Virus record (IMG/VR): IMGVR_UViG_3300046821_000134
Coordinates: 16,153-80,152 of that record
DNA from: a virus
Reading direction: 5' to 3' (one strand)
DNA: 64,000 bases
The translations under genes were made by a program, and so were the position numbers. This document shows, piece by piece, positions 38,588 through 47,986 of this stretch. The stretch's first letter is position 1. Each line of letters starts with the position of its first letter. The notes beneath the pieces are model-generated. The model did not search any database and was not told the DNA's origin. It saw only the letters and a list, made by a program, of their open reading frames with translations.

Positions 38588-39113
38588 TGTGTTCCTTCCT
38601 AAATCTTACAATATCTTCTGCGTAGCTCTTGCACGCATCTAGACGTGATTTCATTTCGTCTGCGTCTCTGTACGTGGCAACAAGTGACTCTGTAAATTCT
38701 CCAGATAGCTTGCATACCCCTGAGGTGGCGTTGGGGATGCTTGCAGCAGGATCGCTGGAGGCTGTGGTGGCAGCACTACTGTTGCTGGAACAGGAAGAGG
38801 ACTTGACATACAGCCCATCGTACTTAGCACGCAGCTTATTGATACTATCTTGAGCACCACGGAGTTTTTCATTCGCTGATAGATACTTGGATTCAATCTC
38901 AGAAACTCTTTGTGCGCCTTCTCTTTCTGCTTTTGTTGCCTCCGAATTTGCCGCTGCAATCTCAGATATCTGCTTGTTCCGCTCTTCGACATACGTTTTC
39001 TCCATTCTTGTGATAATCACGTCATACTTGTTTGCCTGCCACTTCCATACAGCAGCTCCCGCTACGAGAGCACTGGCAATGGCAATTATAATGTACAACT
39101 GAGGGAATGTCAT
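38574..39113 (-). CDS. i-spanin (Rz-like)
   Basis: N-terminal TM, W.WQA..Y, coiled coil, AD.....L.AC..Y C-terminus. Confidence 0.88.
   Translation of the reverse strand: MTFPQLYIIIAIASALVAGAAVWKWQANKYDVIITRMEKTYVEERNKQISEIAAANSEATKAEREGAQRVSEIESKYLSANEKLRGAQDSINKLRAKYDGLYVKSSSCSSNSSAATTASSDPAASIPNATSGVCKLSGEFTESLVATYRDADEMKSRLDACKSYAEDIVRFRKEHNEGN
38651..38872 (-). CDS. o-spanin (Rz1-like lipoprotein) nested in the i-spanin gene
   Basis: MKNSVVLKIVSISCVLSTMG-C signal and lipobox, Pro-rich mature part, alternative frame. Confidence 0.8.
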   Translation of the reverse strand: MKNSVVLKIVSISCVLSTMGCMSSPLPVPATVVLPPQPPAILLQASPTPPQGYASYLENLQSHLLPRTETQTK

Positions 39114-39478
39114 TACTTGTTCCTTGTTAGCTTGATCCCAAAGTTACCTCGCTCACGCCATCCCATGTAGAACTTACACCAGCCGATGTACGAGATAAAC
39201 GGGTAGTTTTTATTGTTATAAATTGAGTGATGATTCAGTCTATTCCATCCACCTTTCGGACTGAACACATCAAAAGGGTAATCTCCTGTTGTGAGGAAAG
39301 GACGAGGAACGCCTATAACACTAAAGCACCAATTATGAAATGGATTTCGCAGCCACCACTTGATAGCCATCCACACAGACTCTTCTTGCTCAGGATTGAA
39401 TGACTTGTCTCCGTAGATTCCGTCTTCGTCGTTCCCGAACATAGCCCAAATAAACCATTGAAATTTACTCAATCGCAT
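39113..39478 (-). CDS. hypothetical Trp-rich protein within the lysis cassette
   Basis: 121 aa; WWLRNP and FYMGWR; TAATG coupling to the spanin gene. Confidence 0.75.
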   Translation of the reverse strand: MRLSKFQWFIWAMFGNDEDGIYGDKSFNPEQEESVWMAIKWWLRNPFHNWCFSVIGVPRPFLTTGDYPFDVFSPKGGWNRLNHHSIYNNKNYPFISYIGWCKFYMGWRERGNFGIKLTRNK

Positions 39479-39502
39479 CCTCCTTCAAACATTGTAATAA
39501 AA

Positions 39503-40012
39503 TCATCTTGCGTCTTTTTTGTTGTATACATTACAAAGATCTCTTTCAAGAAGTCTACGCGTGTAAACCCCATAACAATTGTTTGAACGAATTGAGCAAT
39601 CCTTCCCTGCCACGAACCTGTATTTAATAAGGGCGCTACAAGCAGATGGATCCTCTTTAGTGATAAGCATAGGTAGCCCGCTGTCAACGATTCTCTTAGG
39701 CCCGAGGTTGTACCCTGCTAAGACAGCGAGTATTTTATGTCCGTCCTTTGCGTTAGGGGGGAGATGCTTAAGACTTTTTTCTGCGTGTTCGATAATTACT
39801 GTTTCGTCAAGGGCTGCACACTCTTCTTTTGTGTATGTTTTTCCGACTATAGGTTTCGGAAAAGTAACGCCGCTACATACTGTCAAAACCCCTCCTTTGT
39901 CGTAGTAAGGCACATACTTAGTGCCCTCTAGTCTTGGAATTTGTGTTGCAATAACTGTAGCTGCAACTGCGCCAACCAATACCGCAAGCCGTCCTTTTAC
40001 ATGGTTGCTCAT
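39503..40012 (-). CDS. SAR endolysin (T4 lysozyme-like, GH24)
   Basis: E-x8-D-x5-T catalytic triad (EGTKYVPYYDKGGVLT); weakly hydrophobic Ala/Gly/Val N-terminus; DC..RSNNC.G...RR..E. Confidence 0.9.
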   Translation of the reverse strand: MSNHVKGRLAVLVGAVAATVIATQIPRLEGTKYVPYYDKGGVLTVCSGVTFPKPIVGKTYTKEECAALDETVIIEHAEKSLKHLPPNAKDGHKILAVLAGYNLGPKRIVDSGLPMLITKEDPSACSALIKYRFVAGKDCSIRSNNCYGVYTRRLLERDLCNVYNKKDAR

Positions 40013-40029
40013 TAATTACCCCTTCCTTT

Positions 40030-40057
40030 ATTATAGCATATAAACATACGAAGTCAA
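40030..40057 (-). promoter_or_regulatory. sigma70-type promoter for the endolysin
   Basis: TTGACT-N16-TATAAT. Confidence 0.65.
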
Positions 40058-40084
40058 GCGAGCGTTTGAGTTTCCTTAACGTAG

Positions 40085-40118
40085 AAAAGGCTCCTTAACA
40101 TTGTCAGTGTTAAGGAGC
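40085..40118 (-). terminator. intrinsic terminator
   Basis: GCTCCTTAACA/TGTTAAGGAGC stem with TTTT on the minus strand. Confidence 0.75.
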
Positions 40119-40144
40119 ACATTTGATGTTAATAAAGGTGCATC

Positions 40145-41755
40145 TTACACAAGAGGTATTAGCTCCTGACACAATGTTGATAAATGATTCTGAAGAAGAA
40201 TAACATCGTAGTTTTTATCAGTGTCCATTGCACAGTAGGTGGTCATTCTACCTCCTGTAGCAGCAGTGCCTGATTGGATGAAATCTGTTGGGGTGTATGA
40301 AGCCATAACCCTGTTCTGCACATCGTACCTGAATATCTGGTTCAATGCCCCAGATGCGTATATGTTGATGTAGAACATACGCCCTTCATTATCGTTTGGC
40401 GCAAGGCTTCCACAAGAACCTGTCGTGAGTGCTACAGAGCCGTCGTAGACAATCGCACTTGTCCAAGTACCAGTGATAGACCCCGCTATATCAAATACGT
40501 CAATACTGGCAGACGATCCCCGGAAGAAGTGCTGGAAGGAGTGTCGTGAGTTTCTATCAACATCCGGCTGTATTGCATAAGAACTTGCCCACATACCACC
40601 CACGGCGTTAGCTGCACCAGCAGCTGCAAAGTAGGTGGTGCTCCACGAGTTTGCAGGGATGTTGTTTGTCCCGTTGTTGATCGTAGCGTCCATGTAGTTG
40701 TAGGTGTAAACGGTAGTAGTGCCGCTTGTTCTCAACAGTATCAGATTAGGAAGCTCAATAACATATTTAGCAGAGGATGATGGTGTGGTTGTCCATGCAG
40801 TGCCAAGTGTATAGACAGGGCTTGGGCCTGCAGTATGGCTCGCAATCACCCTACGTTGTCCTACAGCAGCCGGTGTAACAGTGTCCTGAACAATTCGTAT
40901 CTGGAAGTTACGATACTCATTTGCAGCTACAACAGCATCCCCGAGGGTGGCCTGCCCTGTGAGAGTACTTGCTGCTGCTGCGGTAGCAACTAAAGCATAG
41001 CGGCTAACATGCCCTGCGTCATACAGGAAAGCCCCCTTAATCATGCCCTCACCGGGCTTCATGTTGTACGGGGTGTATTGCTCATCAAGAACAAGCACTG
41101 CAGAGTCTGTTGCAACAGTTGCCGGGAGTCCTGTTGTGCTAAGGCCCGTGGAAAGAAAGTTGCTGGCAATCTCCAAAGAGCGCCATATGTTAGCTGCAGT
41201 GGTTCCAGCCCCAAGCATAAACACTCTACCAGCTACAATCTCATACCTTGCACCAGTGGCAGGGGTAAACGAGAAAGGGGAATGAATACGAATAGCAGGG
41301 GTTGTTCCTCCTGTGTTACCTGTAATGTATCTCTCTTCTGTTTTACCTGCAACAGTGTCAATGATTCTGATTTTAAAGCCGTAATCACCTGACCCACCAC
41401 GATTGGCAAGCATATTCACACCAACTGCGGCAGGAAGGGCTGTGGTGAGTGTCACCTTGTCCGTTGTAGCCCCTGCTGCGATTGTACCAACAAGTCCAAA
41501 TGATGGCACAAAATCCATTGCTGCTCCAGCGCCAAAGGTTCCAGCAAGAGCGGGAGATTGCACATAGTTCCAGCTCTTTGTTACGATGTTAAAACGATTC
41601 AGCACTGTTGCAGACACAAGCTGATACACCAGAGGGTGCCTCGAGATGTCTGAACGTTCATCAGAGCATAAACACATCCCTGCAGCATGTGCGTTGGGGG
41701 CAGGGGCTACTTGAACCCATTCGTTTCTGTCCAAGCATTTTTTAAACAAATTCAA
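40145..41755 (-). CDS. putative virion accessory (fibre/spike) protein
   Basis: 536 aa, A/T/G-rich beta protein with two internal IRI..T..G..R.I..T repeats; TTG start after GAGGAG. Confidence 0.7.
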   Translation of the reverse strand: MNLFKKCLDRNEWVQVAPAPNAHAAGMCLCSDERSDISRHPLVYQLVSATVLNRFNIVTKSWNYVQSPALAGTFGAGAAMDFVPSFGLVGTIAAGATTDKVTLTTALPAAVGVNMLANRGGSGDYGFKIRIIDTVAGKTEERYITGNTGGTTPAIRIHSPFSFTPATGARYEIVAGRVFMLGAGTTAANIWRSLEIASNFLSTGLSTTGLPATVATDSAVLVLDEQYTPYNMKPGEGMIKGAFLYDAGHVSRYALVATAAAASTLTGQATLGDAVVAANEYRNFQIRIVQDTVTPAAVGQRRVIASHTAGPSPVYTLGTAWTTTPSSSAKYVIELPNLILLRTSGTTTVYTYNYMDATINNGTNNIPANSWSTTYFAAAGAANAVGGMWASSYAIQPDVDRNSRHSFQHFFRGSSASIDVFDIAGSITGTWTSAIVYDGSVALTTGSCGSLAPNDNEGRMFYINIYASGALNQIFRYDVQNRVMASYTPTDFIQSGTAATGGRMTTYCAMDTDKNYDVILLQNHLSTLCQELIPLV

Positions 41756-42455
41756 GGTTACTCTCCTCTAACTTTTCAATGCGTTCAAAAACGTATCCAT
41801 GAATGGATTTATCAGCCTTTCTGAATGCATAATATATACTCATCAGGTTTATGTTGAGGCTAATTGCCGCGTGTTTTACAGATTCGTAGAGCGTATTGTT
41901 TGTCAAACAAAGAACCTTGCATGTCGACCGGTTAGCTGCCATCTTGGATTTACTCTCGTCGGAGTGTTTTTTACCTCTGTTCGCATCCCCTATCCTGCGC
42001 TTGTGTTCCTCAGACAACTTTACCCCTGTGTGTACCTCGCTCAACTTCTTTCTGGTTTCATCGCTGGCCTTTTTGCCTAAGTTTGCTTGCCTAAGCCGCT
42101 CTCGTGTCTCGTCGGAGATAACCCGCTCCTTAACGGCCTTACTTATTTTAGCTTTCGCCTCTTCACTCATTGAAACGCCAAGCCTGCTGCCCGCTACGCT
42201 ACAAATATTATACTCAGGTTTTAGTGTGTCTATATAGAATTGCTCAACTCTTATGAGGTCTTCCTCTTGCACATATTCCAAAACATTAAATACAAAATTT
42301 TCTATGCCGTATTTTCTCATGGCACACTGCATGTGAGGGTTACTTCTCCTCCCGCTAAAGTGATTAGCCATACGTGTTTTTAAATCCTTAGAACTTCCGA
42401 CATATCTCTTATTGTTGATTAGGTTCACAATCTCGTAAACTCCACAATTTCCCAT
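41742..42455 (-). CDS. GIY-YIG homing endonuclease with NUMOD3-type repeats
   Basis: GVYEI.N..N.KRYVGSS, R...H, EQ.YID..KPEYN, repeated S.E...K.S motifs. Confidence 0.92.
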   Translation of the reverse strand: MGNCGVYEIVNLINNKRYVGSSKDLKTRMANHFSGRRSNPHMQCAMRKYGIENFVFNVLEYVQEEDLIRVEQFYIDTLKPEYNICSVAGSRLGVSMSEEAKAKISKAVKERVISDETRERLRQANLGKKASDETRKKLSEVHTGVKLSEEHKRRIGDANRGKKHSDESKSKMAANRSTCKVLCLTNNTLYESVKHAAISLNINLMSIYYAFRKADKSIHGYVFERIEKLEESNLEFV

Positions 42456-42754
42456 TACGAAATCCTCGCTCTACACGTAAGAGCCCACGATGTGCGGTTG
42501 ATAGGGTTAATCCACATAGAGGCGTCACGCCCTGCAATCTGTCCGATATTACCCACTGTGGTGACTGTTGTTACCGTTGTAACAGATGCCAATGTTGGAA
42601 GGTTTTCGATAGAGGCAGTGACCCGCTGCCGAGCTGATGTTTTATCGTATCCCCTCGGAGACATCAGCAGGGCCACAATTCGCCGCAGAAGGCTCGTCTG
42701 CTCTATGGCAGTGTCTTCTGTCGCTATTTCTTCAAACGCGTTTCTCAGGGTCAT
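42455..42754 (-). CDS. hypothetical virion-associated protein
   Basis: 99 aa with VTTVTTVTTV low-complexity segment; coupled to neighbours. Confidence 0.7.
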   Translation of the reverse strand: MTLRNAFEEIATEDTAIEQTSLLRRIVALLMSPRGYDKTSARQRVTASIENLPTLASVTTVTTVTTVGNIGQIAGRDASMWINPINRTSWALTCRARIS

Positions 42755-42969
42755 AGTCCGTCCTCAAACCAAAAGGTGAATCCATCATTGGGAAGTCCTG
42801 TCTGTATCCATATGTAAGGGGCTGCTGCAACAGGGGCACTAGCTTGCACAAACACCTGTTGTGTCCCACCTCCCCCGCCAGCAGGTACCGTAGACGCATC
42901 AAGTGTGTCTCCTGCGGGGATTTCTTGCGTTGTCCCGTTGACAACTACTAACGGCCTACGTGTAGCCAT
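42751..42969 (-). CDS. hypothetical virion-associated protein
   Basis: 72 aa with a Gly hinge; ATGA overlap. Confidence 0.7.
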   Translation of the reverse strand: MATRRPLVVVNGTTQEIPAGDTLDASTVPAGGGGGTQQVFVQASAPVAAAPYIWIQTGLPNDGFTFWFEDGL

Positions 42970-42972
42970 GTC

Positions 42973-43578
42973 TTAAGCCAGAATAACAGGGGGTTGCGAC
43001 TGGAAGTTCATCGCTGTAGCACTGATGGCAAAGCCTACACGCTGCACTGAATTACCTGTTGAGCTGGGTGCTGTTGACGTGCAACGACCCGCTGTTGCGC
43101 TCAACCACTGAGGGCCGGGAGTGAGGCCAGACAGTTGAGTGTTTGTACCTTCAAAATAAACAGTGCCGGATGCAGCAGAGGCAACACCAGCCAGTACAAA
43201 ACCATGAGCTTCCTTGCCTGCTGTGGTGGCATCTGCCTTACGAATCTTTGCCACACCACCATCATTCCACACATTGACGAAATCCCCGGCAACGAGGTTC
43301 TCCGAGGCTACGATGGATGCTGTATCTGCACCAATACCTACAGGCATGAACGTCACATCCAGCTTACCTGCAGCGTCAAGCATTGCCAACTTGCCTGCAT
43401 CGCCAGCCCCTGCGGAGGTGTTCTTTGCGTTAGTGATAGTTGCATCAAGAACCCCCGATGCGTTCAGGGCAGGAACTTTCTGAGCATCCCCTGCTCCTGC
43501 AGATGTTGTAAGAGCGGCTTCCTCAGTAAGAGTGCCTGCGTTGTTCTTGATAAATTTTGTCGTAGAAGCCGTACCCAT
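42973..43578 (-). CDS. putative structural/fibre protein
   Basis: 201 aa with a duplicated TSAGAGDA.K...L.A.G.LD segment. Confidence 0.75.
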   Translation of the reverse strand: MGTASTTKFIKNNAGTLTEEAALTTSAGAGDAQKVPALNASGVLDATITNAKNTSAGAGDAGKLAMLDAAGKLDVTFMPVGIGADTASIVASENLVAGDFVNVWNDGGVAKIRKADATTAGKEAHGFVLAGVASAASGTVYFEGTNTQLSGLTPGPQWLSATAGRCTSTAPSSTGNSVQRVGFAISATAMNFQSQPPVILA

Positions 43579-43587
43579 GATAATCCT

Positions 43588-44082
43588 TTAACTTAAGATA
43601 AGCGGTGGTTGTATATTCACTCTGATGCTTGTTGCCGTAAGGGCACAGCCAATGACAACGAGAAATGCTGGTGCTGCTGGAGGAACTTGCGTCAGAAGCC
43701 CGTTTGCCCCTAAGAATACAAGCCCGTCTGGTGTAAAGCTCCAAGAGGGCTCTGTGATGGTGCCTTGGCGAACAAACTGGATGTTAGCTCCGTTAATGGC
43801 TGCGCCTGTTGTCACACCAAGAACTGAATTGGCTTTAGAAAGCGCTGTATTATCTGCATAGATTGCACCAGACAACCCTTGTTGGCAAACCACCCTATGT
43901 CCACCAATATCTTCAAGGGCTGTTGCGTTTCCTGTGGCCCCTGCTCCGGGTGGCCCCTGCATAGCTGGCACGCTGAGGATAAGAGGAGCTTGGGTTGATG
44001 TGTTTATTGTGATGTTTGGTGCTGCAGGAATCGTTACTTGATATACCCCTGCATCCACTGGTGTGACGATGTAATCCGCCAT
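43588..44082 (-). CDS. putative structural protein
   Basis: 164 aa; short GPPG collagen-like segment; C-terminal domain resembles that of 42973-43578. Confidence 0.7.
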   Translation of the reverse strand: MADYIVTPVDAGVYQVTIPAAPNITINTSTQAPLILSVPAMQGPPGAGATGNATALEDIGGHRVVCQQGLSGAIYADNTALSKANSVLGVTTGAAINGANIQFVRQGTITEPSWSFTPDGLVFLGANGLLTQVPPAAPAFLVVIGCALTATSIRVNIQPPLILS

Positions 44083-44083
44083 G

Positions 44084-44449
44084 TTAAGCCCCGAACGAAA
44101 CTGTTACAGCCCCGTTAAATACCCGCCATGTGTCCCCATTAGCCCACGTCACCTTGATTGTGTAGAATCCTGTCTTCCAAACGATAGGGGAGGTGTTCTC
44201 GTCTGTGATTTTCACTTCCACCCACCCATCTGCAAGCAACGTAGCTGTTGCTGTAGGAGAAGCACCCTTAGTAGTGATTAGCACGCTTGCAGTGGGAGAC
44301 TGTTTATCTGTGATAGAGAATTCAGCGCTACAGCCAGTGAAGTCAACAGGTGTTCCGGGAGCTGTGCCTGTAAGCATTTGAAACTTGAACGTCCAGCTTT
44401 GTCCAGTGTAAATCACCACGTTCTGTGTTGCGGGGGATGGTTCATTCAT
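44084..44449 (-). CDS. putative fibre adaptor (BppU N-terminal-like)
   Basis: G......F........PVDFTG..A...I...Y...V........RV..G.V.V pattern. Confidence 0.6.
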   Translation of the reverse strand: MNEPSPATQNVVIYTGQSWTFKFQMLTGTAPGTPVDFTGCSAEFSITDKQSPTASVLITTKGASPTATATLLADGWVEVKITDENTSPIVWKTGFYTIKVTWANGDTWRVFNGAVTVSFGA

Positions 44450-44714
44450 CTGATAATCCTCTAATCCGTGCTTCAGCTTCCATCAGGGCAATACGCTCAA
44501 CTTCCTGATTGTGACGTTTTAGCTCTCGCAGGGAAGCTGCGTCTTGTTTTCGTCTATCTGCTTGCGATTGCTTATCTCGCCAGACGCTCCATACAAAGCC
44601 GCCTATCGTAATCAATAAGCCAACAATTGCAACCATCATCTCGGGGGAGACAAGGGCTATGCCTGCTCCTGTGATGGTTACGCTATTCTCCGCTAATCTT
44701 TCTCTGACGTTCAT
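44442..44714 (-). CDS. putative holin
   Basis: small protein with hydrophobic segment(s) and a highly charged C-terminus; first gene of the late unit; start after GAGG (track start 44777). Confidence 0.55.
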   Translation of the reverse strand: MNVRERLAENSVTITGAGIALVSPEMMVAIVGLLITIGGFVWSVWRDKQSQADRRKQDAASLRELKRHNQEVERIALMEAEARIRGLSDE

Positions 44715-44840
44715 GGCTTTCCTCAAGACATTAAATGGGTTGTGTAAAAATTGTTCAAGGGCGTTCTTCCCATTCAAGTCGGAAGATTCCAGTGGCAGTG
44801 CAGTTTCATAGCACTTCCTTAGTATTTGTCTATATGTACT

Positions 44841-44869
44841 ATTATACCATGAGAATTGTTGAAAGTCAA
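44841..44869 (-). promoter_or_regulatory. sigma70-type promoter (divergent pair, leftward)
   Basis: TTGACT-N17-TATAAT. Confidence 0.8.
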
Positions 44870-44881
44870 TAGTGTTTGTTG

Positions 44882-44910
44882 TTGATTTTTGTATGGGTGG
44901 ATGTTATACT
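44882..44910 (+). promoter_or_regulatory. sigma70-type promoter (divergent pair, rightward)
   Basis: TTGATT-N17-TATACT with extended TG. Confidence 0.75.
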
Positions 44911-44999
44911 ATAAAAGTAGATACCAAGATTCCGAGAATCTATGCCAGATTGTTAGCATGTCTTAAGCATAAAAAAGAGGAGAATATCTCGTCTAAATT

Positions 45000-45014
45000 C
45001 CTCTGTAAGCCTTG
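45000..45014 (+). repeat. 15-bp box, copy 1
   Basis: CCTCTGTAAGCCTTG; exact reverse complement at 53336-53350. Confidence 0.8.
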
Positions 45015-45136
45015 GTGGGCAAGGGAAGTGTTCCTTTTCACGGTTCACTATCCTTGTATAGGGTATAGTAGTGTAGTCTATAAGGTATGGTAGTATCTAT
45101 AAGTATCTCTATAATAATTAAGAGAAGGAGAGGGAA

Positions 45137-46438
45137 TTGATTAAAGATTTGTTGGCTATGGAGGAGGGTGAAAGACAAGATGTGTCTATGTCTACAACCC
45201 ACTTCAATCTGCACTACCACAAAGCAAGAGCGTATACGCACATACACAGCACTCTCTCTTCTTTGTCTGCAGGATGTAATGAATTATGGTGTTTGATAAC
45301 TAACACAGCCCGAGCGTTGAAGTACGGAGCTAAGGGTATGAAGATACCAAGACACTTCAGCCCATACAAAGGCAATCCTCGCCAGCTTAGTCATAAAAGA
45401 ATGGTGTTGCTTTTAGATAAGATGGTGGAGAATGGATACCTTGTCTTCTATCGTGGTGGGCTGTTGAAGATGAGTGAAGAACAAAGGCTTCTCTCTATCT
45501 ACATGTTCACGGATAAATACCTATCGCTCTGGCAAGACGTGGACGTAAGCAAAGAAAAGAATGAATATAACTTCATTCAGGTGAGGGATAGACTTACACA
45601 GGAGCACAAGACCACAAAAGGTATTAAAGGTGCAGAGCAGATGCGTATGTTTATGGAGCAGTACAACACGCTGCTTGAGAACACCAGTCTAGCTGTGGAT
45701 GGTAAAGCACTCCCTATTCAACAATACGCAAGAATCTTCACGGACAGTGTTGACAAAGGGGGTCGCTACTACAACACAACAGGCGGGATTCAAGTTGTGC
45801 CAAGCCGATTACGGAGCTACGTGGAGATCAACAAGGAGAGAGTGGTTGAGCTTGACTTCTGCGCGCTTCATCCTAACATTTTGTATGAACGTGTTGAAAG
45901 AGAAACAGGGATTGTGGTTGATATTGATGACCCTTACAGTGTTGACATCTCGTCGCTGTTCGCTGAAGACAGTACCATCTGTACAGGAAAACATAACCCG
46001 GCCAGAGTGCTCGTCAAACAAGTGTTCCTAAAAGGGCTTAACGCCAAGGATATACGCAGCGCAGCAGGCTCTGTTACAGAGAGTTGGTACGAGGAGTACA
46101 AGAAAGGAAAAGACGGAGCATTCTATGGCCTGTCTCCGCAGGGGACATCAGGCACGTTTCCTGCTAAAGCATTGTGCGAACTTGTTGCTAATGCACACCC
46201 ATTAATCAAAGATGCTTTCTTTTCTGACTGTGGGCTATTGCTTCAAAGGATAGATAGTGATATAATAACACTTGTGTTGAAAAACTTTATGGACATCGGT
46301 GTGTGTGCATTAAGCTGGCACGACAGCGTAGTTGTTCCAGCGAAGTATAAAGAAATGTTACACGCACAGATGGTGTTGGCCTACACAACCGTTATTGGAA
46401 GTGGTGGTAGGTGCAAGATTGATACGAAGGAGAGCTAA
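45137..46438 (+). CDS. minimal PolA/T7-RNAP superfamily polymerase-like protein, paralogue 1
   Basis: GGRYY..Q, motif A VELDFCALHP, motif B R...K, LQRIDS, motif C WHDS; no exonuclease domain. Confidence 0.75.
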   Translation: MIKDLLAMEEGERQDVSMSTTHFNLHYHKARAYTHIHSTLSSLSAGCNELWCLITNTARALKYGAKGMKIPRHFSPYKGNPRQLSHKRMVLLLDKMVENGYLVFYRGGLLKMSEEQRLLSIYMFTDKYLSLWQDVDVSKEKNEYNFIQVRDRLTQEHKTTKGIKGAEQMRMFMEQYNTLLENTSLAVDGKALPIQQYARIFTDSVDKGGRYYNTTGGIQVVPSRLRSYVEINKERVVELDFCALHPNILYERVERETGIVVDIDDPYSVDISSLFAEDSTICTGKHNPARVLVKQVFLKGLNAKDIRSAAGSVTESWYEEYKKGKDGAFYGLSPQGTSGTFPAKALCELVANAHPLIKDAFFSDCGLLLQRIDSDIITLVLKNFMDIGVCALSWHDSVVVPAKYKEMLHAQMVLAYTTVIGSGGRCKIDTKES

Positions 46439-46439
46439 G

Positions 46440-46664
46440 ATGGTGTATGCCAGAGAAGACGGGTGGACGCTCGTTGCACAATCCCACACTTGGGACGATG
46501 GCTTCCGTGAAATTGAGATGAAAGGAAAGGAGCTTCGCATAACAAAGATACAAAGTATTGAGGAAGGGGAAATGGAGTTGGATTACCAAGGAAACATTCT
46601 CCACATCCCCGTTGAAAAACTAATGTTCGACAACAGGGATTTAGTCAGCTCAAGTAAATATTAA
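46440..46664 (+). CDS. hypothetical protein
   Basis: ATG after AAGGAG within track ORF 46332-46664. Confidence 0.6.
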   Translation: MVYAREDGWTLVAQSHTWDDGFREIEMKGKELRITKIQSIEEGEMELDYQGNILHIPVEKLMFDNRDLVSSSKY

Positions 46665-46804
46665 ACAAACAGCTTTATCCCCGTCTACAATCGATTTAAA
46701 TCATTTCAAGGTAGGGGTATAGCCACACCTCTAATTAAATCGCTAATTGCCAATGATTACATGGCTTCTTGCCCTATCCACACACATGAAAGGAACCCTC
46801 CTAA

Positions 46805-47122
46805 ATGAAACTTCTGCTTTCTGCTCTAATTTCTCTCTTTTCCCTCTCTGCCAATGCCCTCACATTCCAAGATGTTGAGATTGGTGATGTGAAGCTGGTG
46901 GCCTTCCTTGGTGACACATCTCTGTTCATTTCCAATGAAGAATGTTCCCTTGCTGATAAGGTTGTTAGTGATGCTTCCCTGTACATCTTCCACAAAGAGC
47001 AGCACAAGAAGGGTTGTGTAGTGCTGAAAGAAGATGTCCCCTACGCCGTGTTCTATGAACAAGAGCAATACTCTGTGTTCAAGATTAACATGGAGATTTT
47101 CACACGCTTTGTAGAGCTTTAG
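46805..47122 (+). CDS. hypothetical secreted protein
   Basis: Sec signal peptide MKLLLSALISLFSLSANA. Confidence 0.75.
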   Translation: MKLLLSALISLFSLSANALTFQDVEIGDVKLVAFLGDTSLFISNEECSLADKVVSDASLYIFHKEQHKKGCVVLKEDVPYAVFYEQEQYSVFKINMEIFTRFVEL

Positions 47123-47124
47123 GA

Positions 47125-47153
47125 TTGACTTATCAAGCGTTCTGATGTATAAT
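47125..47153 (+). promoter_or_regulatory. sigma70-type promoter
   Basis: TTGACT-N17-TATAAT. Confidence 0.8.
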
Positions 47154-47176
47154 GTTGTTATGGAAGTGAGGAAACT

Positions 47177-47359
47177 ATGAACTATGTAATTAACGCTGTA
47201 GAAGGGTTTTTCCTGTTTGTGCTAGTGCTGCTCTCAGGGATTGTGTTTGCTGTACAGGCAGCGATTGCCATTGTGTTCTACGCCATCTCTGTTGGAATTG
47301 CCTATCTGGCGTTTGGTGTAGCGTTTGGTTGTCACAAGCTGAAGAGTTTGTTTAGCTAA
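47177..47359 (+). CDS. small membrane protein
   Basis: 60 aa, almost entirely hydrophobic. Confidence 0.7.
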   Translation: MNYVINAVEGFFLFVLVLLSGIVFAVQAAIAIVFYAISVGIAYLAFGVAFGCHKLKSLFS

Positions 47360-47368
47360 GGAGAATGT

Positions 47369-47956
47369 ATGGAAGACATTTCTAAAGAAATGCCAACAGA
47401 AGAGCAGCGTAATGAAGCTGTAGAAGAATTCATCTCTGAGGATGAGCTTCTAAAGACAGAGAACAAGGAACCCACAATTACAGAGCGTAAGCGTTGGGCT
47501 GACATCCAAGAAAAGAAGGAGATGATGAAAGGGGTGAGGGGGCCTCTTGGATTCTCTGAGATTCAATTCAAGGAACAGAAGGATATGCTCATCCCTTGGC
47601 TTGGGCGGGATATCCGTGCAAAGCTGTGTGATAGTGTAGAAGCCAAGAATGTGTTACGTGAGTGGTGGGTGAAAGATTGCATCCTTATTGCAGAGCCTGA
47701 CATCGTGCGTTTCACACATGCCTTGATGCACAGCTTCGCCCGTGGCTACTACTACTGTGGAAACTGGCGCAATGAATTGCCGTTCATGCACGGCCCATTG
47801 ATGTGCTGCACGTTGTTCTCATTCGAGCGTCGTCCTCCTAAGCTCTCCGAGGAAGATCAAGCGTTGCTGGAGAAGACAGGCTCTACGGAAGGATCAGCAC
47901 GAGAAGGTCTTGAGGCTCCCCCTGCAAAGAAGCGCGGGCCTAAGCCTAAGACGTAA
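47369..47956 (+). CDS. hypothetical protein
   Basis: 195 aa, AAGGAG RBS, basic KKRGPKPK tail. Confidence 0.8.
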   Translation: MEDISKEMPTEEQRNEAVEEFISEDELLKTENKEPTITERKRWADIQEKKEMMKGVRGPLGFSEIQFKEQKDMLIPWLGRDIRAKLCDSVEAKNVLREWWVKDCILIAEPDIVRFTHALMHSFARGYYYCGNWRNELPFMHGPLMCCTLFSFERRPPKLSEEDQALLEKTGSTEGSAREGLEAPPAKKRGPKPKT

Positions 47957-47986
47957 TAAGATTTTGTAACAACAAAAAGGAGAGAT

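Noticed and set aside
44872-45093. 73-aa ORF in the mini-polymerase leader
   Set aside because: Starts upstream of the + promoter that it overlaps and has no RBS.
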